Positions 42,720-51,115 of a stretch of 64,000 nt of DNA are shown here, piece after piece. Source of the DNA: Myxococcales bacterium (GTDB lineage Bacteria; Myxococcota; Myxococcia; Myxococcales; UBA5297). How positions within the stretch are numbered: position 1 is the stretch's first letter; each line of letters opens with the position of its first letter. The notes under the pieces are model-generated. The model searched no databases, had not been told where the DNA came from, and worked only from the letters and a program-made list of their open reading frames with translations. The position numbers were made by a program, and so were the translations under genes. The stretch covers positions 21,964 to 85,963 of the forward strand of contig JBBIQS010000017.1 in the NCBI GenBank assembly GCA_037442205.1, read 5' to 3'.

Positions 42720-43555
42720 GCCTTTGCTTCGGGGGCGTTGGGCGCCGGCGCGGAGGGCTTGCCGGCCTCCTCGGACTTGGCGGCCTCTGCCGCCTTCGGC
42801 TCCTCGGCGGTGGGCCGCAGCGACTTCATCTCCCTCTCCACCAGGACCAGTTTCTTGGCCAGGTCGTCGCGCTCCAGGGTCAGGGCGCTGTGCTTGGCCT
42901 CGAGGGCGCGGAACTTGTCCTTGGCCACGTCCAGCTCGCCCTTCTGCACGATGAACACCCGCCGGTCGGTCTCGGCCCGGCCCTTGAGGCGCTTGACCTC
43001 CTCGTCCAGCGAGCGGAGCTGCTCCCGGGCCTTGCCCAGCTGCTTCTCGGCCGAGTCCTGGCGGGCCTTCTCCTCGGCGCTCGGCTCGCGCGGCGCCTTC
43101 TCGGCGGCGGGCTCGGCCTTGGCCTCGGCCGGCTTCTCCTCGCGGACCGGGCGGCGCGACTTGAGCGCCTCCACCTCGGCGGTCGCTTTCTTGAGCGAGC
43201 CCTTGGCGACCTCGGCCTCCTCGCGGGCCACCGCCAGCTTGTGCTCCATCTCGCGCTCGATCTCGGCGCGGGCGGTCTCGAGGTCGCTCTTGAGCTTGGA
43301 GGCCTCCTTCTCCTCGTAGCGGCGCTTCTTGACGTCGCGCAGCTTCTCCTTGAGCTCCTCGGCCTCCTTGCGCTTGGCCTCGAGCCCCTCGGTCGACTTC
43401 TTGGCCTCGTCCCTGAGCCCGCTCAGCTGCTGCTTGAGCGCCTCCAGCTCGGAGAGCGCCTTGTTCGAGGCCGCCCGGGCCCCGCCGACCTGCAGGCCCA
43501 TCAGGATTGCGGCGATCGCCGCGAACGCGAACAGAATCCCCAGCACCACTTCCAT
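42716..43555 (-). CDS. N-terminally membrane-anchored coiled-coil protein (279 aa, Glu/Lys/Ala-rich)
   Basis: Inside track ORF 42716..43720, with ATG at 43555. TM MEVVLGILFAFAAIAAILMGL followed by about 230 aa of heptad-like charged sequence. Confidence 0.65.
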   Translation of the reverse strand: MEVVLGILFAFAAIAAILMGLQVGGARAASNKALSELEALKQQLSGLRDEAKKSTEGLEAKRKEAEELKEKLRDVKKRRYEEKEASKLKSDLETARAEIEREMEHKLAVAREEAEVAKGSLKKATAEVEALKSRRPVREEKPAEAKAEPAAEKAPREPSAEEKARQDSAEKQLGKAREQLRSLDEEVKRLKGRAETDRRVFIVQKGELDVAKDKFRALEAKHSALTLERDDLAKKLVLVEREMKSLRPTAEEPKAAEAAKSEEAGKPSAPAPNAPEAKA

Positions 43556-43640
43556 GACCGCTCCTTGCCCTGCGTGGACGGCGCGCCGCCCCCGATGCCG
43601 GGCTCGGGCCCGGCCTGACACGCCGCGAAAAAGGGGCCTT

Positions 43641-43668
43641 AACCTAGCCCGGCCCCCACCGCCGTCAA
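43641..43668 (-). promoter_or_regulatory. Sigma-70-like promoter candidate TTGACG-N16-TAGGTT for the coiled-coil/secreted-protein pair
   Basis: Minus-strand reading, located between the terminator at 43683..43713 and ATG 43555. Confidence 0.35.
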
Positions 43669-43682
43669 GGGCCAAAGGGCGC

Positions 43683-43713
43683 GAAATGAAACGGGCGGCC
43701 GCCGGGCCGCCCG
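43683..43713 (-). terminator. Rho-independent terminator after the Kelch lipoprotein gene
   Basis: Minus strand: 9-bp all-GC stem CGGGCGGCC-cggc-GGCCGCCCG followed by TTTCATTTC, 32 nt after the stop at 43745. Confidence 0.7.
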
Positions 43714-43744
43714 CTCGCAACTCAGACCGATGGCTGGCCGAAGG

Positions 43745-45436
43745 CTACTCGGCCGGGGTGGGCATGAAGATCTCCATCGTGTCCAGGGTGGAGAAGCGGC
43801 TGCCGGCGTCCATGTCCACCCCGCCGATGACCAGCACGCTGCCGTCGTTCAGGAGGGTGCAGCTGTGGAAGACCCGGCGGTCGGCCATGTCCGCGCCCTT
43901 GGTGGCCCGCACCGCGGCGCCGCCGTCGGACAGCACCGCGGTGCTCGACACCGAGGCCACCGGCGAGCCGCCGCGCCCGCCGATCACCAGGGCCCGGCCG
44001 TCCTTCAGGGTGACCGCGCAGCTCTGGCCGACGGCCAAAGGCAGCTCGTCGCCGCCCTGCTCGACTTGCGGGCCGGTGGGAGGGCCCTGGACGGTGATCA
44101 CGTCGATCTTGCTGCTGGGGGTCGCCGGGAAGAGGTTGAAGGGGTTGGAGGAGGAGAAATCGGAGAAGCCGCCGGCCAGCGCCGCCTTGCCCTTGCCGCC
44201 GGAGTAGAAGCCGACCTCGGCCGCCGCCGAGTATTGCCGCAGCCGGGTCAGGTCCAGCGGGGCGCCCGGGAACTGCAGGGTGTTGTTGAGGCTGTTGACC
44301 TGGGTTCCGTCGTACGAGAAGAACTGCGCGGCGTTGGGGGTGAGCGCCGGCGCCTTGTCGGTGGCGTTCTGGACCGCCGCCCCTGCCAGGAGCATCACGA
44401 ACTGGCCGCTGTTGGCGGAGACGGCGGCGTGCCCGCTGCGCGCGATGAACCTGGTGCCGGTGGTGGTGCTCAGGCTGTGCGCGCTGCTGTCGGTGCTGTC
44501 GTACCACTCGGCGCTCTCAACGAACCAGGGCTTGCTGGGGCTGCCGCTCCAGAAGATGCCTCCGAAGATGATCGCCATCCCCTTGCGCTCCAGGGTGGCG
44601 GTGTGGCGCGAGCGGGGCTGGCGCGAGGTCGAGACCATGAAGATCCCGCTTCCGCCGCTCCCGGTGGGGTCGAAGAGCAGGGTGACCTGCTGGGTCTTCA
44701 TCGCCGGCGCGCTGCTGGCCGGCTTGTCGGCGTACTCGCCGCCCACCACCAGCACCTGGTCGGTGGCCGGCAGGTAGGTGGCGCTGTGGAAGGCGCGCGG
44801 GGTGGTGGCGCCTCCGTTGACCCCGTCCTTGGCCATGGTCAGGTGGTCGGGCAGCTCGACCAGGCCGGTATTGAGGTCGAGGAGCTCGGCGGTGGCGTGG
44901 TAGGTCCAGTTGGTCTGGGTCTGGCTGGCGCCGGTGAACCCGCCGGTGATCAGCACCCGGCCATCGCCGATCTGCGTGGCGGTGTGCCCGGCGCGGGCGA
45001 CGTTGAGGCGGGTGGCCTTGGCCGGCTCGTCGGCGGTCACCACCGGGGAGAAGGACTCGACCGGGCGCAGGAAGACGTTGATCGCCAGCGGATCGGGATT
45101 GCTGGCCAGGTCCTCGGGAACGGTGAATTGCCCGGAGACGCCGTTGCTGACGATGCTCCCGCCCGGCGGGGCGCCGTTGAAACCGGTGACCTGCAGCCGC
45201 ACCGGCACGCCAGCGGGGATCGAGGTCAGGGTGTCCTTGCTGTTGCCCACCGCCGACACCTTCTCGGACAGCGTCTTGCCGTCGGCGTCGAGGGCGCGGA
45301 AGCGCAGGTGGGACACGTCCTTCATCGGGTTGGTGCTGCCGGGGCGGAGCACCTGCACCGCGATCCGCGCCTCGCGGTTGCAGGCGGCCAGGGCCAGCAC
45401 GGCCAACAGGACAGGGGTGCGAACAAGAGCGCGCAT
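43745..45436 (-). CDS. Kelch-repeat lipoprotein (563 aa)
   Basis: Inside track ORF 43745..45559, with ATG at 45436. Lipobox LALAAC. Kelch-like blades GHTATQIGDGRVLITGG, FHSATYLPATDQVLVVGG, RHTATLERKGMAIIFGG, FHSCTLLNDGSVLVIGG. Confidence 0.75.
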   Translation of the reverse strand: MRALVRTPVLLAVLALAACNREARIAVQVLRPGSTNPMKDVSHLRFRALDADGKTLSEKVSAVGNSKDTLTSIPAGVPVRLQVTGFNGAPPGGSIVSNGVSGQFTVPEDLASNPDPLAINVFLRPVESFSPVVTADEPAKATRLNVARAGHTATQIGDGRVLITGGFTGASQTQTNWTYHATAELLDLNTGLVELPDHLTMAKDGVNGGATTPRAFHSATYLPATDQVLVVGGEYADKPASSAPAMKTQQVTLLFDPTGSGGSGIFMVSTSRQPRSRHTATLERKGMAIIFGGIFWSGSPSKPWFVESAEWYDSTDSSAHSLSTTTGTRFIARSGHAAVSANSGQFVMLLAGAAVQNATDKAPALTPNAAQFFSYDGTQVNSLNNTLQFPGAPLDLTRLRQYSAAAEVGFYSGGKGKAALAGGFSDFSSSNPFNLFPATPSSKIDVITVQGPPTGPQVEQGGDELPLAVGQSCAVTLKDGRALVIGGRGGSPVASVSSTAVLSDGGAAVRATKGADMADRRVFHSCTLLNDGSVLVIGGVDMDAGSRFSTLDTMEIFMPTPAE

Positions 45437-45450
45437 GGAGTCCAGGTCTC

Positions 45451-47127
45451 TCACCAGTTGATGGTGGCGGTGCCGGTCACCGGCCGGGTCATGTAGGAGT
45501 AGCCGAAGAAGCCGCCGGCCCCCACCGCGCCGACGGCGACGATGCCCAGCGCGATCCACAGGGCGGTGTTGCTGCTGCCCTTCTTGAGCGCCGGAAGCTC
45601 GCTCTCGTTGGGGCCCGTCGGCTCGCCGTTGAGGTCGCCGGGCTGGGCGATGACGTTGCGGACCTCGGAGCGCGGGGCGGTCTCGACCACCCGGGGCGCG
45701 TCGCCGCCGCGGCGGGACACCACCCGTTCCGAGCCACTGGCCGGAGCGCGGGTCTCACCGTCGGAAGAGCCGCCGTAGCTGGAGCTGGACGACGAGCTGG
45801 AGCTGGACGAGCGGGAGCTGCCCGAGTTGGAGGAGACCGGGGCGCGGCCGCCGCCGCCCGCCGGGCGCCGCCCGCCGGACTCGGAGCTGGAGCCGGCACT
45901 GACCGAGGCGATGGCCGAGGACGACGAGCCGGGGCGGGGCAGGGCGTCGCGGGCGACCTTGGTCGGGATCCTCTCCTCGTCGCCGAAGATGTCGACTCGG
46001 TTGGCGACGTCGGCGCCCACCTTGTAGACCTCGATGCCGGCGCCGAGCATCTCCTGGTCGAAGACCACCCGCTGCAGCAGGCACAGCTTGCGGTTGGAGG
46101 TGTTGAGCAGGTGGCTGCTGACGACGATGGTGTCGCCCTCCTTGTGGACGCCGCCCAAGACCACGAAGTCGGCCTTGGCGGAGTCGGCCAGGGACAGGGC
46201 CTTGGAGACCGCCACCTCGTCGAGCGCGTTGCGTGACAGCAGCGCGGCCAGCTCGCCGCCCGGGCCGCCGCCGCCGCCCAAGTCCGGCGAGACCTTGGCT
46301 GTGTCGTTCGGCCGCACCTCGATCCGGTCCGCCCAGACATCGCCCGAGGCGGGGACCACCGCGAGGAAGTGGCGGCCCTTGATGACGTCGTTGATCTGCA
46401 GCGGGGATTTGCCCAGCTCGCGGCCATCGAGGAAGACGGTGGCCCCGGAGGCGCCGGTCACCTGGATCGAGCCGCGGGGAGCGCCGCGCAGCTTGCCGCC
46501 CAGGTTGTCGAAGATCCGCAGAAACACCGGGGGAAAACGCTCGGCGTCCAGCTTGCGGTCGGGTTCGAGGCGGATCACCTGGGACAGCATCCGCTCGCCG
46601 TCCGAGTCCTGGCTGAGCCGGAAGTAGGCGACTGCGAGGCTGAGGTAGGCGCTGGTCAGCTCCCCGAAGTCGACGTAGGCGTGCTGGCCCTCGAAGAGGG
46701 CGATGGCCTTCTCCAGCTCGTCGGCGGCCGGCTTGAACTTGAGCTTCTTGATCAGCTCGTCGGCCTTGTTGGCGTGCTCCTTGGCCTCGGCGAGCAGGCC
46801 GGAATCGCGGCGGGGGGTCGGGTTGATCTGCTTGGTGACCACCGGGGCCGCTTCGGCCTTGAGCTGGACCAGCTGCAACTGCTCGGAGCTCTTGAGCTCG
46901 TTGCTCAGCAGGTCGGCGGTCTTCTCGCCCACGCTCGCCGGCAGGCTGTCGTAGATGGGCGCGTAGGGGAGGACCAGCACCTTGGGCAGGTCGCCGGCGA
47001 AGGCGGGGGGAGTGAGCAGGCCGCCGGCGCTGGTGAGGACCAGCGCCACGATGGTCGTGGAGGCGACCGCACGGCCGGCGCGCTCTCTCAGCGCGGCCAG
47101 CGCCGCCATCCCTCGGCGTGAACTCAT
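45451..47127 (-). CDS. PEGA-domain envelope protein with poly-Ser tract and C-terminal TM helix (558 aa)
   Basis: Inside track ORF 45451..47169, with ATG 47127 preceded by GAAGGAG. PEGA-like GSIQVTGASGATVFLDGRELGKSPLQINDVIKGRHFLAVV. S-rich stretch SSRSSSSSSSSSSS. TM ALWIALGIVAVGAVGAGGFFGY. Confidence 0.7.
   Translation of the reverse strand: MSSRRGMAALAALRERAGRAVASTTIVALVLTSAGGLLTPPAFAGDLPKVLVLPYAPIYDSLPASVGEKTADLLSNELKSSEQLQLVQLKAEAAPVVTKQINPTPRRDSGLLAEAKEHANKADELIKKLKFKPAADELEKAIALFEGQHAYVDFGELTSAYLSLAVAYFRLSQDSDGERMLSQVIRLEPDRKLDAERFPPVFLRIFDNLGGKLRGAPRGSIQVTGASGATVFLDGRELGKSPLQINDVIKGRHFLAVVPASGDVWADRIEVRPNDTAKVSPDLGGGGGPGGELAALLSRNALDEVAVSKALSLADSAKADFVVLGGVHKEGDTIVVSSHLLNTSNRKLCLLQRVVFDQEMLGAGIEVYKVGADVANRVDIFGDEERIPTKVARDALPRPGSSSSAIASVSAGSSSESGGRRPAGGGGRAPVSSNSGSSRSSSSSSSSSSSYGGSSDGETRAPASGSERVVSRRGGDAPRVVETAPRSEVRNVIAQPGDLNGEPTGPNESELPALKKGSSNTALWIALGIVAVGAVGAGGFFGYSYMTRPVTGTATINW
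45777..45812 (-). repeat. 18-bp tandem duplication encoding the poly-Ser tract
   Basis: agctggagctggacgacg / agctggagctggacgagc on the plus strand. On the minus strand these are Ser codons. Confidence 0.7.
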
Positions 47128-47175
47128 GAAAATGCTCCTTCTTCGCCCGGTTGGACCCTTGGGGGCCAACCGAAA

Positions 47176-47204
47176 AAGCTACCTTCCGCCAGCAGGCAGG
47201 TCAA
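47176..47204 (-). promoter_or_regulatory. Sigma-70-like promoter TTGACC-N17-TAGCTT for the PEGA-Kelch operon
   Basis: Minus-strand reading, followed by a leader hairpin GGTTGGCCCCCAAGGGTCCAACC and the SD GAAGGAG. Confidence 0.45.
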
Positions 47205-47317
47205 ATCGCAGCCCAGCGGCGCCTCCCGTCCGATCGCGGCCAGTGTTCACCACCAGTTGGCGAGAAGGCGAGCGCGCGCTAGAAAGGCTCGCTTCTGTGA
47301 CCGATGAGGAGCTCCGC

Positions 47318-47956
47318 ATGACCCGTCTCTTGTGCGCGTCCCTGCTGTGCGCCGCGCTGGCAACGCTCGGCGCGCCGGCCACCTGCCGCGCCCAGGAGGG
47401 CCTGCAGCTGACCGCGCCTCCGCTGCTGGAGAACACCGAGCTCTCGCGCACGATGGAGCCCAGGCTGCTCCACGAGCAGCTGCTGTTCTCGGGAGTGACC
47501 GCGCTGGTGGCCGTGCCGGCGGCGATGGGGCTGGGCTCGCTGTGGGGCCGGATCCCCTCCAACCTGATCGCCGCGGCGCTGCCGGCGGTGCTGTTCTACC
47601 TGGTCGTCCCGCCGCTGGCGACGGCATGGGTGGCGCGCCTCATCGGCTCGGAGAGCCAGAACCTCTCTCCCGGGCTGTTCCTGCCGGCGCTGGCTGGTTT
47701 TGGCGTCCACCTGGCGGCGACGGCGGTGGGAGTGCTGCTCAACGTCTCCACCAGCCAGCCTTGGCTGGCGCTGCTGCTGGCGGTGGTGGACGCGGTGGCG
47801 ATGACCCCGGCCACGGTCTTCGCCATGAACGCCCTCGCCGCTCCGCGCGCCCCCGCGCCGATGCCCGCGGCGCCCGCGGTCGAGACTCCGGCCCCTGCCG
47901 GCTCGCGCGAGCTTCCCGACGCCAGGCCGCTCTTCGCCCTCTCCATCCCCTTCTGA
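47318..47956 (+). CDS. Hypothetical integral membrane protein (212 aa)
   Basis: In-frame part of track ORF 46982..47956, with ATG at 47318. Signal peptide MTRLLCASLLCAALATLGAPATCRA plus about 4 TM helices and a Pro/Ala-rich tail. Confidence 0.6.
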   Translation: MTRLLCASLLCAALATLGAPATCRAQEGLQLTAPPLLENTELSRTMEPRLLHEQLLFSGVTALVAVPAAMGLGSLWGRIPSNLIAAALPAVLFYLVVPPLATAWVARLIGSESQNLSPGLFLPALAGFGVHLAATAVGVLLNVSTSQPWLALLLAVVDAVAMTPATVFAMNALAAPRAPAPMPAAPAVETPAPAGSRELPDARPLFALSIPF

Positions 47957-47974
47957 CGATCGCGAGCGAACCCC

Positions 47975-49126
47975 ATGAGAAGTCTCCTCGCCTCCCTCGC
48001 GCTGCTCCTCGCCTGGTCGCCGGCGAGTGCGCCGGCCCAGACCTGCCCGGCCTCGAGCGGCTTTCCCGGCGCCGCCTGGACCGATGCCAGCGCCGCCATC
48101 GCCGCAGCGCGGACCGCCGAGATCAAGGCCCTCGAAGACTACATGTTCACCCTCACCGGCACCGATGCGGAGCGAAAGGGCATCCGCACCGACTCGGTGG
48201 TGATCATCCAGGGTGGGAAGCTGGTGTACGAGCGCTACGCCCGCGGCTTCAACCCCGACCGCCGCCACATCGCCTGGTCGGTCACCAAGAGCTACACCGG
48301 CACGCTGATCGGCGTGGCGGCGCAGCGCGGCCTGCTCAAGCTCGAGGACTCGATCTGCAAGTACGTCCCCGAGGCTCCCTCCGACAACTGCTCGATCCGC
48401 GTGGTGGACCTGCTCGAGTTCGCCAGCGGCATCGACTGGAAGGAGATCTACGAGAACCAGAGCAATCAGGAGTCGAGCGTGCTGGCCATGCTCTACGGCC
48501 AGGGGCACACCGACATGGCCGGCTTCGTGGCCGGGCATCACCGCCGCGACGAGCCGGGCACCAGCTACCAGTACTCCACCGGCGAGACGACCCTGCTGGC
48601 GGCGGTGGCGGCAGGGGCGCTGGAGCCGACGCTGGGCGCGGAGTGGCCCTGGCCGGCGCTGTTCGATCCGATCGGGATGCAGAACCCGGTCTTCGAGCGC
48701 GACGCCCGCGGCCACTACGTCGGCGGGGCCTTCCTCTACCTGACCGCGCGCGACCTGGCGCGCCTGGGCTGGCTGATGCGCAACGACGGCTGCTGGAGCG
48801 ACCAGCGCCTGCTGCCGCAGGGCTGGGTCGCCGATTCGACCAAGGTCAGCGAGCCCATCAAGAAGAAGACCCTCGAGCGCGCGGACGGCGACGTGCAGGG
48901 CCGCCAGTGGTGGATCAACACCCCGGTCCCGGAGCAGAACCAGGGCGTGCCCTGGCCCGATCTGCCGGCCGACACCTTCATGGCCCAGGGGCATTGGGGC
49001 CAGTTCTGCGCCGTCATCCCGTCGCTGGACATGGTGGTGGTGCGCATGGGCGACGACCGCGACTCCACCGCCCTGGACCTCAACAAATTCGTCAAGCTGG
49101 CGATCGAAGTGGGGAAGAAGCCATGA
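47975..49126 (+). CDS. Serine hydrolase of the beta-lactamase/transpeptidase-like (class C / esterase) family
   Basis: Track ORF of 383 aa with a signal peptide and the SxxK motif AWSVTKSYTG. Overall length is typical of beta-lactamase-family hydrolases. Confidence 0.75.
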   Translation: MRSLLASLALLLAWSPASAPAQTCPASSGFPGAAWTDASAAIAAARTAEIKALEDYMFTLTGTDAERKGIRTDSVVIIQGGKLVYERYARGFNPDRRHIAWSVTKSYTGTLIGVAAQRGLLKLEDSICKYVPEAPSDNCSIRVVDLLEFASGIDWKEIYENQSNQESSVLAMLYGQGHTDMAGFVAGHHRRDEPGTSYQYSTGETTLLAAVAAGALEPTLGAEWPWPALFDPIGMQNPVFERDARGHYVGGAFLYLTARDLARLGWLMRNDGCWSDQRLLPQGWVADSTKVSEPIKKKTLERADGDVQGRQWWINTPVPEQNQGVPWPDLPADTFMAQGHWGQFCAVIPSLDMVVVRMGDDRDSTALDLNKFVKLAIEVGKKP

Positions 49127-49443
49127 AGACCGCCAAGTTCTCCCTCGCGGCAGCGGCGCTGCTGCTGGCACTGGCGCTGGGCTGTGGCAGCTCGCGTCCG
49201 GGCTATCCCTACTCTTGGAACGACCTGCGGCTGATCAGCTCCTACACCGCCAAGACCGCCTGCTCCTGCCTGTTCGTCATGGAGTTCGACGAGGCCGCTT
49301 GCCGGGCCTACGCCAAGCAGGAGCCGCCCATCGCCACCTGGACGGTCGACCGCAACGCGAAGACGGTGGACGCCTCGACCGGCCTGATGTGGGGCGCGCG
49401 CGCCCGCTACATGGGCCCCAAGTTCGGCTGCACACTGGAGTAG
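49123..49443 (+). CDS. Small Cys-containing lipoprotein (106 aa)
   Basis: In-frame tail of track ORF 47332..49443. The ATG at 49123 overlaps the upstream stop (ATGA). Lipobox LALALGC and six further Cys residues. Confidence 0.6.
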   Translation: MKTAKFSLAAAALLLALALGCGSSRPGYPYSWNDLRLISSYTAKTACSCLFVMEFDEAACRAYAKQEPPIATWTVDRNAKTVDASTGLMWGARARYMGPKFGCTLE

Positions 49444-49447
49444 CCGG

Positions 49448-50233
49448 TCAGCGGTGGCGCAGGGTGAGGAAGGCCACCTCGCGAGGGGCGGCCACCCGCA
49501 GCGGCAGCGCCGAGCCCAGCCCGCGGCTGACGTAGAGGTGGGTCTCGCCGACGGCGAAGAAGCCGGACAGGTACTTGACCCCGATCCGCCGGGCGATCCC
49601 TCGGGTGACCCTGGGCAAGAGGATCTGTCCGCCGTGGGTGTGGCCGGCCAGCGCCAGCGCCACTCCACGTCCGGGCAGCAGGTCGGCGGCATTGGGGTCG
49701 TGGGTGAGCACCAGCCGGGTTCCGTCCAGCGGCAGTCCGGAGAAGGCCGCCTGGGCATCGGAGTTTCCAGTGCGGTGATCGTCGATGCCGATCAGGTGCA
49801 GGTCCTGGTCGCGCAGGCGGACGGTGGCGAACTCGTTGCGCAGCACCGCGATCCCCGCCCGGCGCAAGCCGGCCTCGATGGCCCGCGGATCGGTCCAGTG
49901 ATCGTGGTTGCCGAGGGTGGCGAAGGCCGGCGGCTGCAGGCGCGACAGCGCCAACTCGAGCCGGGGAATTGCCCTCGCCGAGGTGCACACGTAGTCGCCG
50001 GTGAGCAGCACCAGATCCGGCCGCCGAGCGTTGATCAGGTCGAGGATCCGCCACAGCCGCCTGGGCCGCAGCGCGGCCGAGACGTGCAAGTCGGTGAGGT
50101 GGGCCACCACCACGCCGTCGTGCTCGGGCTGGATGAGCGGCGAGCGGACCTCGTATTCCTCGAGATTCACCCGGGCCAGCCGGCGCGGCCTTGGGGAGAG
50201 AGGGCGCCGGTCCTCGGTCAACGGCAGCTTCAT
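49448..50233 (-). CDS. Calcineurin-like metallophosphoesterase (YaeI-like)
   Basis: Inside track ORF 49448..50569, with ATG at 50233. Motifs HLTDLHVS, LTGDYV, GNHDHW, THDP, GHTHGGQ. Confidence 0.85.
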   Translation of the reverse strand: MKLPLTEDRRPLSPRPRRLARVNLEEYEVRSPLIQPEHDGVVVAHLTDLHVSAALRPRRLWRILDLINARRPDLVLLTGDYVCTSARAIPRLELALSRLQPPAFATLGNHDHWTDPRAIEAGLRRAGIAVLRNEFATVRLRDQDLHLIGIDDHRTGNSDAQAAFSGLPLDGTRLVLTHDPNAADLLPGRGVALALAGHTHGGQILLPRVTRGIARRIGVKYLSGFFAVGETHLYVSRGLGSALPLRVAAPREVAFLTLRHR

Positions 50234-50552
50234 CGCGCGGCCAAGGTAGCGCGAGAGCGGGCCAGATCGCAGGCTTCGGCCTGAGGAGCGCCTGCCCGCT
50301 TGTCCGGGAAGCGTGAGGTCGTCCTGGCACCGGTCCGGTTGCCTGCGACCCGGGCGGCCAAGATCGCAAGCAGTGCGGCATTCTGCACCGCTAGTCGCGC
50401 CAAAATTGTCGCGGACAGGCCACAGCAGGGTGGAGGCCGACCCGGTGGCGAGCCGTCGGCAACGGCCGCCTGTGCCGGAAACCTCTTGGCCGGCGGGAGG
50501 TTGGTGGCCGTGGCAGCCGCCGCGAGGTCGCCGCTGTAGGGACCAGCAACGC

Positions 50553-50568
50553 TGGCACGCCCGGCGCA
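50553..50568 (+). promoter_or_regulatory. Sigma-54-type -24/-12 box (TGGCACG-N4-gcGCA)
   Basis: GG at 50554..50555 and GC at 50566..50567 with consensus spacing. The -24 half is perfect and the -12 half lacks the TT. It sits 108 nt upstream of ATG 50676. Confidence 0.35.
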
Positions 50569-50675
50569 TTCAACAGACGGCGGGCGAGCGGTGGGACTGG
50601 TGAAGGTGCCGCGCGCCCAACGTAGGTGTTTCGAGCAGCCGGTCGAAGGAAGAGGAGGAAGAAAGGCAGGACGCC

Positions 50676-50855
50676 ATGAATGCCCAGAACCACTATTGCT
50701 GTCGTTGTCACCGGACGACCAAGTTCGCGGTCGACGGAGTGAAGCTCACCTGCACCAGCTGTGGCGTGATCGTCGAGAGGCAGGCGCGCAGCGAAGGGGC
50801 GCGAGGCATGGTCGGCAATCCCCTGCGCTCTTTCAAGACCTCGTTCGCCGCCTGA
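50676..50855 (+). CDS. Small zinc-ribbon protein (59 aa), absent from the ORF track
   Basis: Hand translation: MNAQNHYCCRCHRTTKFAVDGVKLTCTSCGVIVERQARSEGARGMVGNPLRSFKTSFAA. Pattern C8-x2-C11-x14-C26-x2-C29. A purine-rich GAGGAGGAAGAAAGG lies upstream. Several A/T-ending codons lower the coding confidence. Confidence 0.5.
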   Translation: MNAQNHYCCRCHRTTKFAVDGVKLTCTSCGVIVERQARSEGARGMVGNPLRSFKTSFAA

Positions 50856-50877
50856 GCTGGGCGCGGTTTCCCTCCCG

Positions 50878-50914
50878 CCCCGCACGCCGAGGCGGGGTCC
50901 CCTTCCTTCTTTCT
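50878..50914 (+). terminator. Hairpin plus pyrimidine/T-rich tail after the zinc-ribbon ORF
   Basis: CCCCGC-acgccgag-GCGGGG followed by tccccttccttctttct, 23 nt after the stop. Confidence 0.4.
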
Positions 50915-51115
50915 AGCGATCGCCCCCGAGCGCCGAAGTCCAGCGCTGGCGCGCCCGCGTCATGCGTTGGCCGGCGAGCCTTGGCGCCCCGTGGGGCAAG
51001 CGCTGATGCCCGCGAGGCCGAGCGGGGAGCTGCGGAGCGCCCGGCGCCTGCGCGCCTCCGCACTCGGAGTGACCAGAGCCGTCCCGAAAGTCGCTGGAGA
51101 GCTTCTGCCGCGGAG

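Noticed and set aside
50325-50342. TGGCAC...TTGC sigma-54-like box
   Set aside because: GG and GC are separated by 13 nt rather than the required 10, and the spacing is essentially invariant in functional -24/-12 promoters.
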